DNA from: Patescibacteria group bacterium
GTDB taxonomy: Bacteria; Patescibacteriota; Patescibacteriia; 2-01-FULL-39-33
Length of the DNA: 64,000 nucleotides
Reading direction: 5' to 3'
Assembly: GCA_041671305.1 (NCBI GenBank)
Contig: JBAZBX010000001.1
Coordinates: forward strand, 40,821-104,820
The notes under the pieces: generated by a model
Seen by the model: the letters and a program-made list of their open reading frames with translations, nothing else
Told to the model about the DNA's origin: nothing
The model's database searches: none
Translations under genes and position numbers: made by a program
Part shown: positions 9,273 through 17,248 of the stretch, piece after piece
Numbering within the stretch: the stretch's first letter is position 1
Layout of the letters: every line of letters begins with the position of its first letter

Positions 9273-9302
9273 CAAAATAAAGTTCGAGCCGATTTTTTTA
9301 AT
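9273..9302. repeat. 30-bp inverted duplicate (B') of the recombinase 3' coding segment 10901..10930
   Basis: CAAAATAAAGTTCGAGCCGATTTTTTTAAT equals the reverse complement of 10901-10930. Confidence 0.85.
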
Positions 9303-9325
9303 CTGGTTCTTTGGCGGTTTTATTC

Positions 9326-9443
9326 CGCCTCAGCCGTCCAGATGTTTAGGTCGGGCGGAAGGAGGGGTTTGGGGGGGATTCCGCCCGCCCGATCATGATT
9401 TTTGTTTAAATTCGGTTCGGATTTGTTCATAAACACCCAGCCA
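9326..9443. repeat. 118-bp inverted repeat, right copy (IR-R)
   Basis: Reverse complement is identical to 7775..7892. The outer end CACCCAGCCA resembles the tRNA-Gln 3' end CCCGCAGCCA. Confidence 0.9.
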
Positions 9444-9512
9444 GTTTCGTTTTTCATTTTTTAAAACCGAATCCCAACCGTTTTTTGGCTTAAATTCAAA
9501 TTTTTTGCCTTG
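9441..9512. repeat. 72-bp inverted duplicate (A') of the tRNA-Gln 3' end plus downstream flank (10931..11002)
   Basis: The reverse complement of 10931-10999 is identical to 9444-9512, and the CCA is also shared. Confidence 0.85.
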
Positions 9513-9532
9513 GTTCCGATTACAATCGGAAC
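9513..9532. promoter_or_regulatory. 20-bp perfect dyad site GTTCCGATT-AC-AATCGGAAC (candidate recombinase crossover site or HTH operator)
   Basis: Perfect 9-bp arms around a non-palindromic AC dinucleotide, 40 bp upstream of the serine recombinase start. Confidence 0.35.
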
Positions 9533-9559
9533 GCCAGAATCAAACTTTTTCTTTTTCTT
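9533..9559. repeat. 27-bp inverted repeat IR2-b
   Basis: Reverse complement of 9246-9272. Confidence 0.85.
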
Positions 9560-9574
9560 TAATTCAATACAAAT

Positions 9575-11062
9575 ATGAAATACTTTCTTTATGCCCGCAA
9601 GTCGACAGACGAAGAGGATCGTCAAGTTCTTTCAATTGAAGCCCAGCTCGCGGAGTTGAAGGAGTTAGCCGCCAAAGAAAAATTGGAAATTGCGGACTCG
9701 CTCTGCGAGTCCAAAACCGCCAAAGAACCAGGCCGAAAAATTTTCGGCGGAATGCTCGCTCGGATTGAAAAAGGTGAGGCCGACGGAATTTTAGCGTGGC
9801 ACCCAGATAGATTGGCCAGAAATAGCGTTGATGGTGGAAAAATTATCTACATGGTGGATATCGGCCAGATCAAAACGCTAAAATTCCCGACTTTTTGGTT
9901 TGAGAATACTCCGCAAGGGAAATTCATGCTCAATATCGCTTTCGGCCAAAGCAAATACTATGTTGATAATTTAAGCGAAAATGTTAAACGTGGTTTCAGG
10001 CAAAAGTTAAGGCGCGGCGAATATCCCAATAAAGCGCCCATCGGCTATCTTAACGACCGAACAGCTAAAACCGTGCTCATTGATCCTCTGCGCGCCAAGC
10101 TCGTGATAAAGATGTTTAAGATGTACAACACGGGAGAATTTTCGCTTAAATTTCTTAAAGATAAGTTTTGCGATATTGGCCTGACCAGCAAGCGCGGCAA
10201 AATCCTGACTGTCGGCATGATTTCTAACATATTGAATAATCCCTTTTATTGCGGAGTATTCAAGTTTAATGGCGAAATCTACCAAGGCAAGTACGAGCCA
10301 ATTATTTCCAAGAAGCTTTTTGATGAAGTTCAGGCGGTAATGAAAAACCGAGGACGGCCGCTCGGGCAAGACAAACACGATTATGCTTTTACTGGACTTA
10401 TGAAATGCAAGTGCGGCGCCTGCATTACCGCCGAACGGCAAAAAGGCCATATCTATTATCGCTGTACGAAAAAGCTTGGAGCCTGCGACGAAAAGTATAT
10501 CCGCGAAGAAAAACTGCTGGAGCAATTCCATGGCCTTTTTCAAAAAGTTTCTTTGCCAGATGACTGGATTGACAAGATGCTCGCTAAACTCGATGAGGAA
10601 CAAAAAAGCGACATGAAGTCATCGGTAGGTCTGATTGACGAGGTAAAAACGCAAATAGGAGCCATAGAGAGCAAGCTAGATAAGTTGCTCGATGATCGAT
10701 TAGAAGGATTACTCGATAAGGACGACTATTTGCGGAAGAAGGAACAACTCATCAATCAGAAAATTGCTTTTGAGGAGAAAATCCAGTCAATCAGGCAAAC
10801 GGGAAATAATTGGCTCGAACCGATGCGGGAATTCCTTTCCGCCAATAAACAAACCAAAAAAGTCGCCAATAGCGGCGACATTCTGGAAATCCGAGCATTC
10901 ATTAAAAAAATCGGCTCGAACTTTATTTTGCAAGGCAAAAAATTTGAATTTAAGCCAAAAAACGGTTGGGATTCGGTTTTAAAAAATGAAAAACGAAACT
11001 GGCTGCGGGACCTGGAGTCGAACCAAGATAACAGCTTTCAGAGAGCTGCGTCCTACCATTAG
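9575..11062 (+). CDS. Large serine recombinase (resolvase/invertase catalytic domain, recombinase domain and zinc-ribbon)
   Basis: YARKST catalytic-serine motif near the N-terminus; CKCGACITAERQKGHIYYRC zinc ribbon; 495 aa. The last ~20 codons are antisense to tRNA-Gln. Confidence 0.9.
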   Translation: MKYFLYARKSTDEEDRQVLSIEAQLAELKELAAKEKLEIADSLCESKTAKEPGRKIFGGMLARIEKGEADGILAWHPDRLARNSVDGGKIIYMVDIGQIKTLKFPTFWFENTPQGKFMLNIAFGQSKYYVDNLSENVKRGFRQKLRRGEYPNKAPIGYLNDRTAKTVLIDPLRAKLVIKMFKMYNTGEFSLKFLKDKFCDIGLTSKRGKILTVGMISNILNNPFYCGVFKFNGEIYQGKYEPIISKKLFDEVQAVMKNRGRPLGQDKHDYAFTGLMKCKCGACITAERQKGHIYYRCTKKLGACDEKYIREEKLLEQFHGLFQKVSLPDDWIDKMLAKLDEEQKSDMKSSVGLIDEVKTQIGAIESKLDKLLDDRLEGLLDKDDYLRKKEQLINQKIAFEEKIQSIRQTGNNWLEPMREFLSANKQTKKVANSGDILEIRAFIKKIGSNFILQGKKFEFKPKNGWDSVLKNEKRNWLRDLESNQDNSFQRAASYH

Positions 11063-11073
11063 ACGATCCCGCA
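11000..11073 (-). tRNA. tRNA-Gln (anticodon CUG)
   Basis: Manual fold gives U1-A72 acceptor pair, U8, D-stem GTCT/GGAC, anticodon loop CTCTGAA with U33 and A37, T-loop TTCGACT, discriminator G and an encoded CCA. Confidence 0.8.
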
Positions 11074-11098
11074 TTATATTAATTCATTAATCTTCTTT

Positions 11099-11353
11099 TT
11101 AAATATGCTCTTCCAAAACCAGTCTTAAGCTGTTTTTCCCTTTCAATTCAATAGCGTTTTGTTTACTTAAACACGCCTCATAATATACCAACTCGAGTGG
11201 TTGCCTTTCCTTTGTTGAATTTACTTGTCCACTATTATGCAAATAAATCCTTTTTCTTAAATCTTGAGTAAATCCAATATAATATCTTTCATCCGCCAAA
11301 CTCTTTAACACATAAGTGTAATAAAATTGCATATATCTATTAAACCTATCCAT
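11099..11353 (-). CDS. GIY-YIG nuclease-family protein (UPF0213-like)
   Basis: YYTYVLKS...YYIGFTQDLRKRIYLHNSG...LVYYE. The longest ORF extends to 11404 through a GC-rich palindromic stretch, so the start is uncertain. Confidence 0.65.
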   Translation of the reverse strand: MDRFNRYMQFYYTYVLKSLADERYYIGFTQDLRKRIYLHNSGQVNSTKERQPLELVYYEACLSKQNAIELKGKNSLRLVLEEHI

Positions 11354-11477
11354 TGGACGACCCGCCTGCAACGCTTTGCGTAGCAATGCGGGCAGGTCCC
11401 GCAAAATAATTTAATCCAAAAAAGCACTATAGTGCTTTCTATAAATTAACAAAAAATAGCAAAAAAATCAAGTGAGA

Positions 11478-13244
11478 TTAGAACATCCCTATCACATCAG
11501 CCACAACATCTGTAGGCACCGATGGTTTGGTTACTACAACATCAGCTTCAGCTTTGGATTTAAACATGGCAGGATCCGCACCAAATACTGGGCGATCCAC
11601 TTTCTCTTTCAACTCCGGAATAACCAAATCCTCCTGAACCACTCCTCTAATGCTTACTGGCGCCGATATGGCCTCAGATATCACATCCTCAACCACCTTG
11701 CGATTACTCGCGCATTCCAGCCTATCTTTGTAAAACTGGCTTTTGACGGCAATTTCCAAAACATTATCCTTGGCGCTAAGCGGCTGACTAATCCTAAGTA
11801 AAGATGACAAAGTAAAATTTTTCTCAAACAACTTTTCAGAAATCTGCACCCAATTTTCTTTTACTTTATTTAAATCTATCGGGGTTTTTGTTTTTTGTTT
11901 GTTTTCGTCATCTGACATCTTAATTTCTGAAACCTCTTCCATAATCTCATCTTCTTTCTTTAATTCTTCCGCCACTTCCTCAACCTTAGTCTTTTCAATC
12001 TTCTCAGCTTCTTGAATCCGATTTAAATTTTGAATTTTCTCCTTAGCTTTATCAAAAACCTCTTTTGGAGGTGTAGGCTCAGCACACTTGGCATCTTCTC
12101 TCATAACTACTCCCCTGCCAGTACTAGCCGGATTAATATCTCTATTCTCACACACTACATTTTTATCAAATTGAATAACCGCCATCTCCAAAGGAAATTG
12201 CACGATAGTGGCGCTTTTTAATTCTTGAGCTTTTTCCATGAACAATTCAATAATGGAAATTAATTTTTCATAAGTAAATACTTCTGCTAATTTTTCAGCA
12301 GACTTCTGACTATCTTCATCAAGCTCAATACCAAAGTCATTCAAATTATAATTAACCTTGAGAAGCAAAATCTTTCTGAGAAATTCTATAAGTCCATCTG
12401 CAAAAACCTGTAAATCCACACCGTCTTCCACTAATTTATTTATCAATTCAATAGCGGCAGTTGGATTTTTCTCACCCAAAAAACTCAAAAAGTCAGTGAT
12501 GCTTTTGAAATCCGTACGAGGCAGAACCAATTCCGCCGAATCCATATCTATATCATCGCCGAGAGTAAGAATTTTTCCCAAAAGACTTTCGGCATCACGA
12601 ACGCAACCCTCACTGTGTGTCACAATATTTTTGAGTACATCTTCTGTTACTTTTTTACCTTCTGATTTTACTACCAATTTGAGCAAATCAAGCATTTCTG
12701 CCATGGAAACTTTTTTGAAATCAAATCTTTGGCAACGAGAAATAATAGTCTGTGGCAGCTTGTGCGTTTCTGTAGTGCAGAGAATGAATATCACGTGAGC
12801 CGGCGGCTCTTCCAATGTCTTGAGCAAGGCATTAAAAGCCGCCGTAGAAAGCATGTGTACCTCATCAATAATAAATACCTTGTATTTGCTTTTGGTGGGT
12901 GTAAATCTGGCATTCTCAATAATATTTTCTCTGACATTATCCACACCGGTATGAGATGCCGCATCAATCTCAATCGTATCCACAGAACTGCTATTTATCA
13001 CATCCAAGCACGAAGAACACTCATTGCATGGCTCGCTCTCCCCTTCTTTGCGATTTTCGCAGTTTATCGCCTTGGCAAAAAGCCTAGCCGAAGTCGTCTT
13101 GCCCAAGCCTCTTGGCCCGCAAAAAAGATAAGCATGGCCGATTTCGCCAAGCTCTATTTCATTTTGCAAAGTGATTTTGATGTGATTTTGGCCAATCAAA
13201 TCTTTGAAAGTCTGAGGCCTGTATTTACGATATAATGCGGACAT
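11478..13244 (-). CDS. dnaX: DNA polymerase III subunit gamma/tau
   Basis: GPRGLGKTT Walker A, clamp-loader box motifs and a CxxC zinc module; 588 aa. Confidence 0.9.
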   Translation of the reverse strand: MSALYRKYRPQTFKDLIGQNHIKITLQNEIELGEIGHAYLFCGPRGLGKTTSARLFAKAINCENRKEGESEPCNECSSCLDVINSSSVDTIEIDAASHTGVDNVRENIIENARFTPTKSKYKVFIIDEVHMLSTAAFNALLKTLEEPPAHVIFILCTTETHKLPQTIISRCQRFDFKKVSMAEMLDLLKLVVKSEGKKVTEDVLKNIVTHSEGCVRDAESLLGKILTLGDDIDMDSAELVLPRTDFKSITDFLSFLGEKNPTAAIELINKLVEDGVDLQVFADGLIEFLRKILLLKVNYNLNDFGIELDEDSQKSAEKLAEVFTYEKLISIIELFMEKAQELKSATIVQFPLEMAVIQFDKNVVCENRDINPASTGRGVVMREDAKCAEPTPPKEVFDKAKEKIQNLNRIQEAEKIEKTKVEEVAEELKKEDEIMEEVSEIKMSDDENKQKTKTPIDLNKVKENWVQISEKLFEKNFTLSSLLRISQPLSAKDNVLEIAVKSQFYKDRLECASNRKVVEDVISEAISAPVSIRGVVQEDLVIPELKEKVDRPVFGADPAMFKSKAEADVVVTKPSVPTDVVADVIGMF

Positions 13245-13330
13245 CTATGATACGTGAGTTGTTTATAAGTCATTCATATTTTACTAAGATTAAGACGATA
13301 AGTCAAAAATGCAAAACAACATAATATTGA

Positions 13331-13507
13331 AGCAAGATTGGGGGTTTGGGGGAAGCACCTTTCGCCAAAGCGCGAGTGTAAGCCGAACCTCAGCCAGCAG
13401 GATGAGGTGAGCGAAACGAAGCGCGACTAAGCAAGATAAAAAACACTCCGAGCATAAGGCGAAATTGCGTCCCCCAAAACCTTTGGTTCTTTCAGTTATG
13501 AAAGAAC
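13331..13507 (+). ncRNA. Copy 1 of a ~180-nt GC-rich structured element (candidate sRNA or cis-regulatory leader)
   Basis: Near-identical to 23770..23945. Terminal GGGGGTTTGGGGGA / TCCCCCAAAACC pairing, internal helices, and a 3' hairpin GTTCTTTC-agttat-GAAAGAAC. Confidence 0.45.
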
Positions 13508-13680
13508 ATAAATTAAACTTTTTTAAAAAATGGGTTGAATATAAGAGAAATTATCCAAAATTAGATAAAATATAGGATTAATACTTCCTATCTATTGACA
13601 AAAGTACAAATATATACTATATTATAGGGTCACAATGAGTGACGGAAGCACATCACAACCAAAAAGGAGCATTGACTGTC

Positions 13681-14085
13681 ATGAGAATAATCATGAATAC
13701 CAACTTCGGGGACAGAGAATATGGCCCGGAACAAGACAAGGAGGCCTCTTTCCGACTAGTCCTCGCGACGATGACCTGGATATGGACACGATTCCTGCCG
13801 TTGGCCATGGAATTGGAATACATGAAAGAAGCGAAGGTGCATTCCTTGACATTCTCAATTCCCAGCTTTGAACCTTCGGGCATTCTTCTGACAATTGTTT
13901 TTACGAAGCATGGTAAAAAGCGGCATAGACACAAAGCTTTCAAATTGGATATTGACCAAAATGGCTTGGCGAAACTGGAGGTTCCCAAAAATCCGACACC
14001 GCCCACAACTGCCATATGGTCAGATCCGATGACACCCGAACAATTGATTGAGTCGATCAAGGCAACAATGGAGATTACGGTATGA
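13681..14085 (+). CDS. Hypothetical protein (GC-rich island, first of two coupled genes)
   Basis: AAGGAG lies 8 nt upstream of ATG 13681 (the ORF-track start at 13639 is probably too early). GC is about 50%. The stop overlaps the next start as ATGA. Confidence 0.45.
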   Translation: MRIIMNTNFGDREYGPEQDKEASFRLVLATMTWIWTRFLPLAMELEYMKEAKVHSLTFSIPSFEPSGILLTIVFTKHGKKRHRHKAFKLDIDQNGLAKLEVPKNPTPPTTAIWSDPMTPEQLIESIKATMEITV

Positions 14086-14552
14086 AGACATTTTTCTCTG
14101 TTAAGGCTGTGGATCTGGACAATGACCGCCTCTCCAGCCTAATGGCGTTCTGCCTTTGGCTCCAAGGCGAGTTTAACCAACTCCTCTCCGACAGTCTTGG
14201 CGATGCCTGTGACATAATGCGTTGGACGATTAAATATTCCTCCAAGGGATTTATTGAGGCGTTCGCCGAATTTACACACGATGGTGAACGCCAGGGTGGA
14301 TTATGGACACAATATCCTGGAACGGCCCGATGCCTGCTAAGGTACACCGATCCCGAGATTGAAGTCTATACCCATCTGCTTTTCTGCGGAGAAGGCATCG
14401 GATGGAAGGATAACGGTATTTCAGATCTCGTTTCACGTGACCCCACCGAGATTGTGAAGGTACTCTCCGACGCCATAACACAAGGTATTCTGGAGGATCG
14501 TCGTTACAACGAACTCCATAAAGACGATATTGTTGAATTTGAAGGTGTGTAA
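14082..14552 (+). CDS. Hypothetical protein (GC-rich island, second gene)
   Basis: 156-aa ORF translationally coupled to the upstream gene; no recognizable domain. Confidence 0.45.
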   Translation: MKTFFSVKAVDLDNDRLSSLMAFCLWLQGEFNQLLSDSLGDACDIMRWTIKYSSKGFIEAFAEFTHDGERQGGLWTQYPGTARCLLRYTDPEIEVYTHLLFCGEGIGWKDNGISDLVSRDPTEIVKVLSDAITQGILEDRRYNELHKDDIVEFEGV

Positions 14553-14650
14553 TGCGACCTTCACCAACCGGCAGAAGCACGATCGCCATCGTGACTTTCT
14601 GCCCCCAACTGAATTTACAAATTCTCATTTGCAACTTCTGAGGGTTATAA

Positions 14651-14684
14651 ACAAAAGACGGAATAATTCCGTCTTTTGTTTTAA
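14651..14684. terminator. Bidirectional rho-independent terminator
   Basis: AAAGACGGAAT-aa-ATTCCGTCTTT perfect hairpin followed by TTTGTTTT, between convergent genes. Confidence 0.7.
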
Positions 14685-14704
14685 ATTAAAAATTAAAAAT
14701 TAAC

Positions 14705-17248
14705 TCAGAATTTCGGCCTAGCCGGCATACCCATTTGCCCAATCCTGGATCTCTCCACAATTTCCCTGACTACAATTTTGCGATCACGTCCAAACTTGAG
14801 ACGCGACAATTCTTTGAGTGGCGCTACGATGCCTTTATCGGCCTGGAAATAATCCTTGAAATTATAAATCTTCATATTGAATGGATCGGAAGCGGCATTA
14901 TCAATTAAGAGACGCAGATAAACTGAGAATTTCTCCGTATTCATCACATCATATTCACTCACTTGCGGACCAAGCTGTTTGGCGATAGTCTCGGCATCAT
15001 CCACGCCGATTCTATATGCCGCCACAGTACCCACATTACCAAAAATAGCATCCCTTACCCTGGTGTCATTGTTCTGCACCAGTTGCGCTATGAATTGATG
15101 ACCCATGATCAAATTAAGTTTGTATTTTCTCGCTTCGGACAAAATAATAGAAATACTGTCGGTAATGAAATTTTGAAACTCATCAATGTAGAGATAGAAA
15201 TCATTTCTTTGATCCTCCGGCAAATCAGCGCGTCCCAAAGCCGCCATCTGCAACTTGGATACCGCAATTAAACCAAGTAAGTTGCTATTGGTCTCACCAA
15301 TTTTTCCTTTGCATAAATTCATGAGCAATATTTTGCCTTCATCCATGACCTGTCTGAAATTAATTCCTGATCTGGATTGGCCGATGATATTTCTCATCAA
15401 TTCATTTTCCACAAAACGTCCTGTTTTGGAAATAACATAGGAAAGCATATCGGATCCCGTAGAGCCTTTTTGCGAAGCCGGATATTCCCTTTCCCAGAAA
15501 TCCTTTACCAAAATATCGGTGACGTGCTCTAATTTTTGCTTGCGATAAGTTTCATCAGTAAAAATACGCGCCAATTCCACCAAAGTTCCAGGATCATCCT
15601 GATCGGCCATAAGTGCCAGAAGCGCGTTCCTCATATAATGCTCAAACATAGGTCCTGCCATGGCCGGATCCGGCAATAATTTGTAGAAAATATTAATCAT
15701 TTCCTGAGCCGCCATATCCATTTCATACGGCGTGTGCGCCTCTAGCATATTGAGCCCCATAGGTCTTTCCATGTCCGAAGGATCAAAAATTATCACATCA
15801 TCAAGACGATTTTTCGGGATATAAGGCAAAATGTCTTCCACAAAACTGCCATGCGGATCCACGATACAAACGCCCTTGCCGGCCGCAATATCCTGCAAAG
15901 CCATATGCGACATGAAATAACTTTTACCGGTACCGGTCATACCGACGATATACATATGTCTTCTCCTATCTTCATCCTTGATACGAACGATGTGTTTCAT
16001 GCCCCTGAAATCGTTTTCACCCAGGACAATTCCTGTTGCAGGCATATTTACCGGAGGCGCCAATCTTTTGGCTTGAAGCCACTTGATGCGAGGCACTTCC
16101 GTGTTGGGATATGGCAAGTGCCACAAGGAAGCCATTTCTTCAGAATTCAAAACGCAATAATTACTCTCATCAAAATTACGATAAATAAAATCTTGGATTA
16201 ATTTATTGCCTGAACCCTTGAGTACCGCCTTGAACGAGTTGGCATATTGATAACTGGAATATTGCGAAAAAGCGTTGGCTATGTGCCTCAGCACATCCTT
16301 GGCGAGATTTTCCACTGGCGCAAAAGTAATTATCCTAATATTTACATCCAATCCTGATTTAGCGGCTTTTTCTTCAATAAATTTAACCATCTGCTCTTCC
16401 ATGGGCGATAATTTATAAAGCTCTGGCGGTTTGCTGTCATCTTTTTTGGTAGAAGTCGGCAACCAATCTGACGGCTTGCCCAAAGTCTTGGAGAGTGCCG
16501 TAGAAGATGCCGAGGACATGGCGTCCTTCAATTTCTTACCCTGTTGCATTTCCGAAGCCACTTTGACACCTCTCTTTCTCCAATTAGGAGAAGCCGAACG
16601 CATGACAAATTGTATGGCCACCGTATGTCCCGGAGGCAATTTGGACAAAGTGCTCAGTATTCCCAGAATCGGATCCGTCTCCATTTGTTTGTAAGTCAAA
16701 ATAGGAAACATGGATTGCTTGGCTAACTTCAAATATCCGCCAGCCACATATCCTTGCTGATTAAAAATATTATAATCCTCCACTTCCTCAATCTGACAAT
16801 GCGGGAACTGTGACAGAATCTGCTGTTTGATATAATTTTCCAGATAAACAGGCACCGCCATATAGAAAGTGATAAGCCCATCAGAGCCAACCACCATCTC
16901 AAAAGACCAGCAGTCATAACGCCCAAAAAGCCAAGTCTTGAATCCTTTGTGAGGCATCAAACCGCCCAAACTGGCATAAAAGTTTTCCACACCGGCAAGC
17001 AATTCTTTGATATTTTTCACCTTATTCTCGTCATTTTTATCCAAATCAAATTCAGGAACAGTCAACATAAATATCTTTTTCTCAAAAATTGCCGGGTACA
17101 GCTTGTGTGAGGACAAAATTTTACGCAAAATAAAAACCAGGATAACCGCCGCCACGATAACGAAGATTATGATAAATAACCAAAAGATAATCTGATTCAG
17201 CAATGCTGATGAGATAATTTGTTCGTCAATAGGAATATTTAATTCCAT
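14705..17248 (-). CDS. Type IV coupling-protein-like ATPase (TraD/TrwB/VirD4 family, TraG-D_C-like) with an N-terminal membrane anchor
   Basis: N-terminal TM helix; Walker A GMTGTGKS as in TrwB; Walker B region YLYIDEFQNF followed by ARKYKLNLIMGHQ; 847 aa. Confidence 0.6.
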   Translation of the reverse strand: MELNIPIDEQIISSALLNQIIFWLFIIIFVIVAAVILVFILRKILSSHKLYPAIFEKKIFMLTVPEFDLDKNDENKVKNIKELLAGVENFYASLGGLMPHKGFKTWLFGRYDCWSFEMVVGSDGLITFYMAVPVYLENYIKQQILSQFPHCQIEEVEDYNIFNQQGYVAGGYLKLAKQSMFPILTYKQMETDPILGILSTLSKLPPGHTVAIQFVMRSASPNWRKRGVKVASEMQQGKKLKDAMSSASSTALSKTLGKPSDWLPTSTKKDDSKPPELYKLSPMEEQMVKFIEEKAAKSGLDVNIRIITFAPVENLAKDVLRHIANAFSQYSSYQYANSFKAVLKGSGNKLIQDFIYRNFDESNYCVLNSEEMASLWHLPYPNTEVPRIKWLQAKRLAPPVNMPATGIVLGENDFRGMKHIVRIKDEDRRRHMYIVGMTGTGKSYFMSHMALQDIAAGKGVCIVDPHGSFVEDILPYIPKNRLDDVIIFDPSDMERPMGLNMLEAHTPYEMDMAAQEMINIFYKLLPDPAMAGPMFEHYMRNALLALMADQDDPGTLVELARIFTDETYRKQKLEHVTDILVKDFWEREYPASQKGSTGSDMLSYVISKTGRFVENELMRNIIGQSRSGINFRQVMDEGKILLMNLCKGKIGETNSNLLGLIAVSKLQMAALGRADLPEDQRNDFYLYIDEFQNFITDSISIILSEARKYKLNLIMGHQFIAQLVQNNDTRVRDAIFGNVGTVAAYRIGVDDAETIAKQLGPQVSEYDVMNTEKFSVYLRLLIDNAASDPFNMKIYNFKDYFQADKGIVAPLKELSRLKFGRDRKIVVREIVERSRIGQMGMPARPKF

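Noticed and set aside
11472-13235. Plus-strand ORFs overlapping dnaX, and similar antisense ORFs inside secA, murD, LeuA-family and other large genes
   Set aside because: They are embedded in strongly supported genes on the opposite strand.
13653-14634. Minus-strand ORFs 13653..14060, 13691..13894, 14075..14347 and 14272..14634
   Set aside because: They are antisense to the coupled plus-strand genes of the GC-rich island. Elevated GC reduces stop frequency and yields spurious ORFs.
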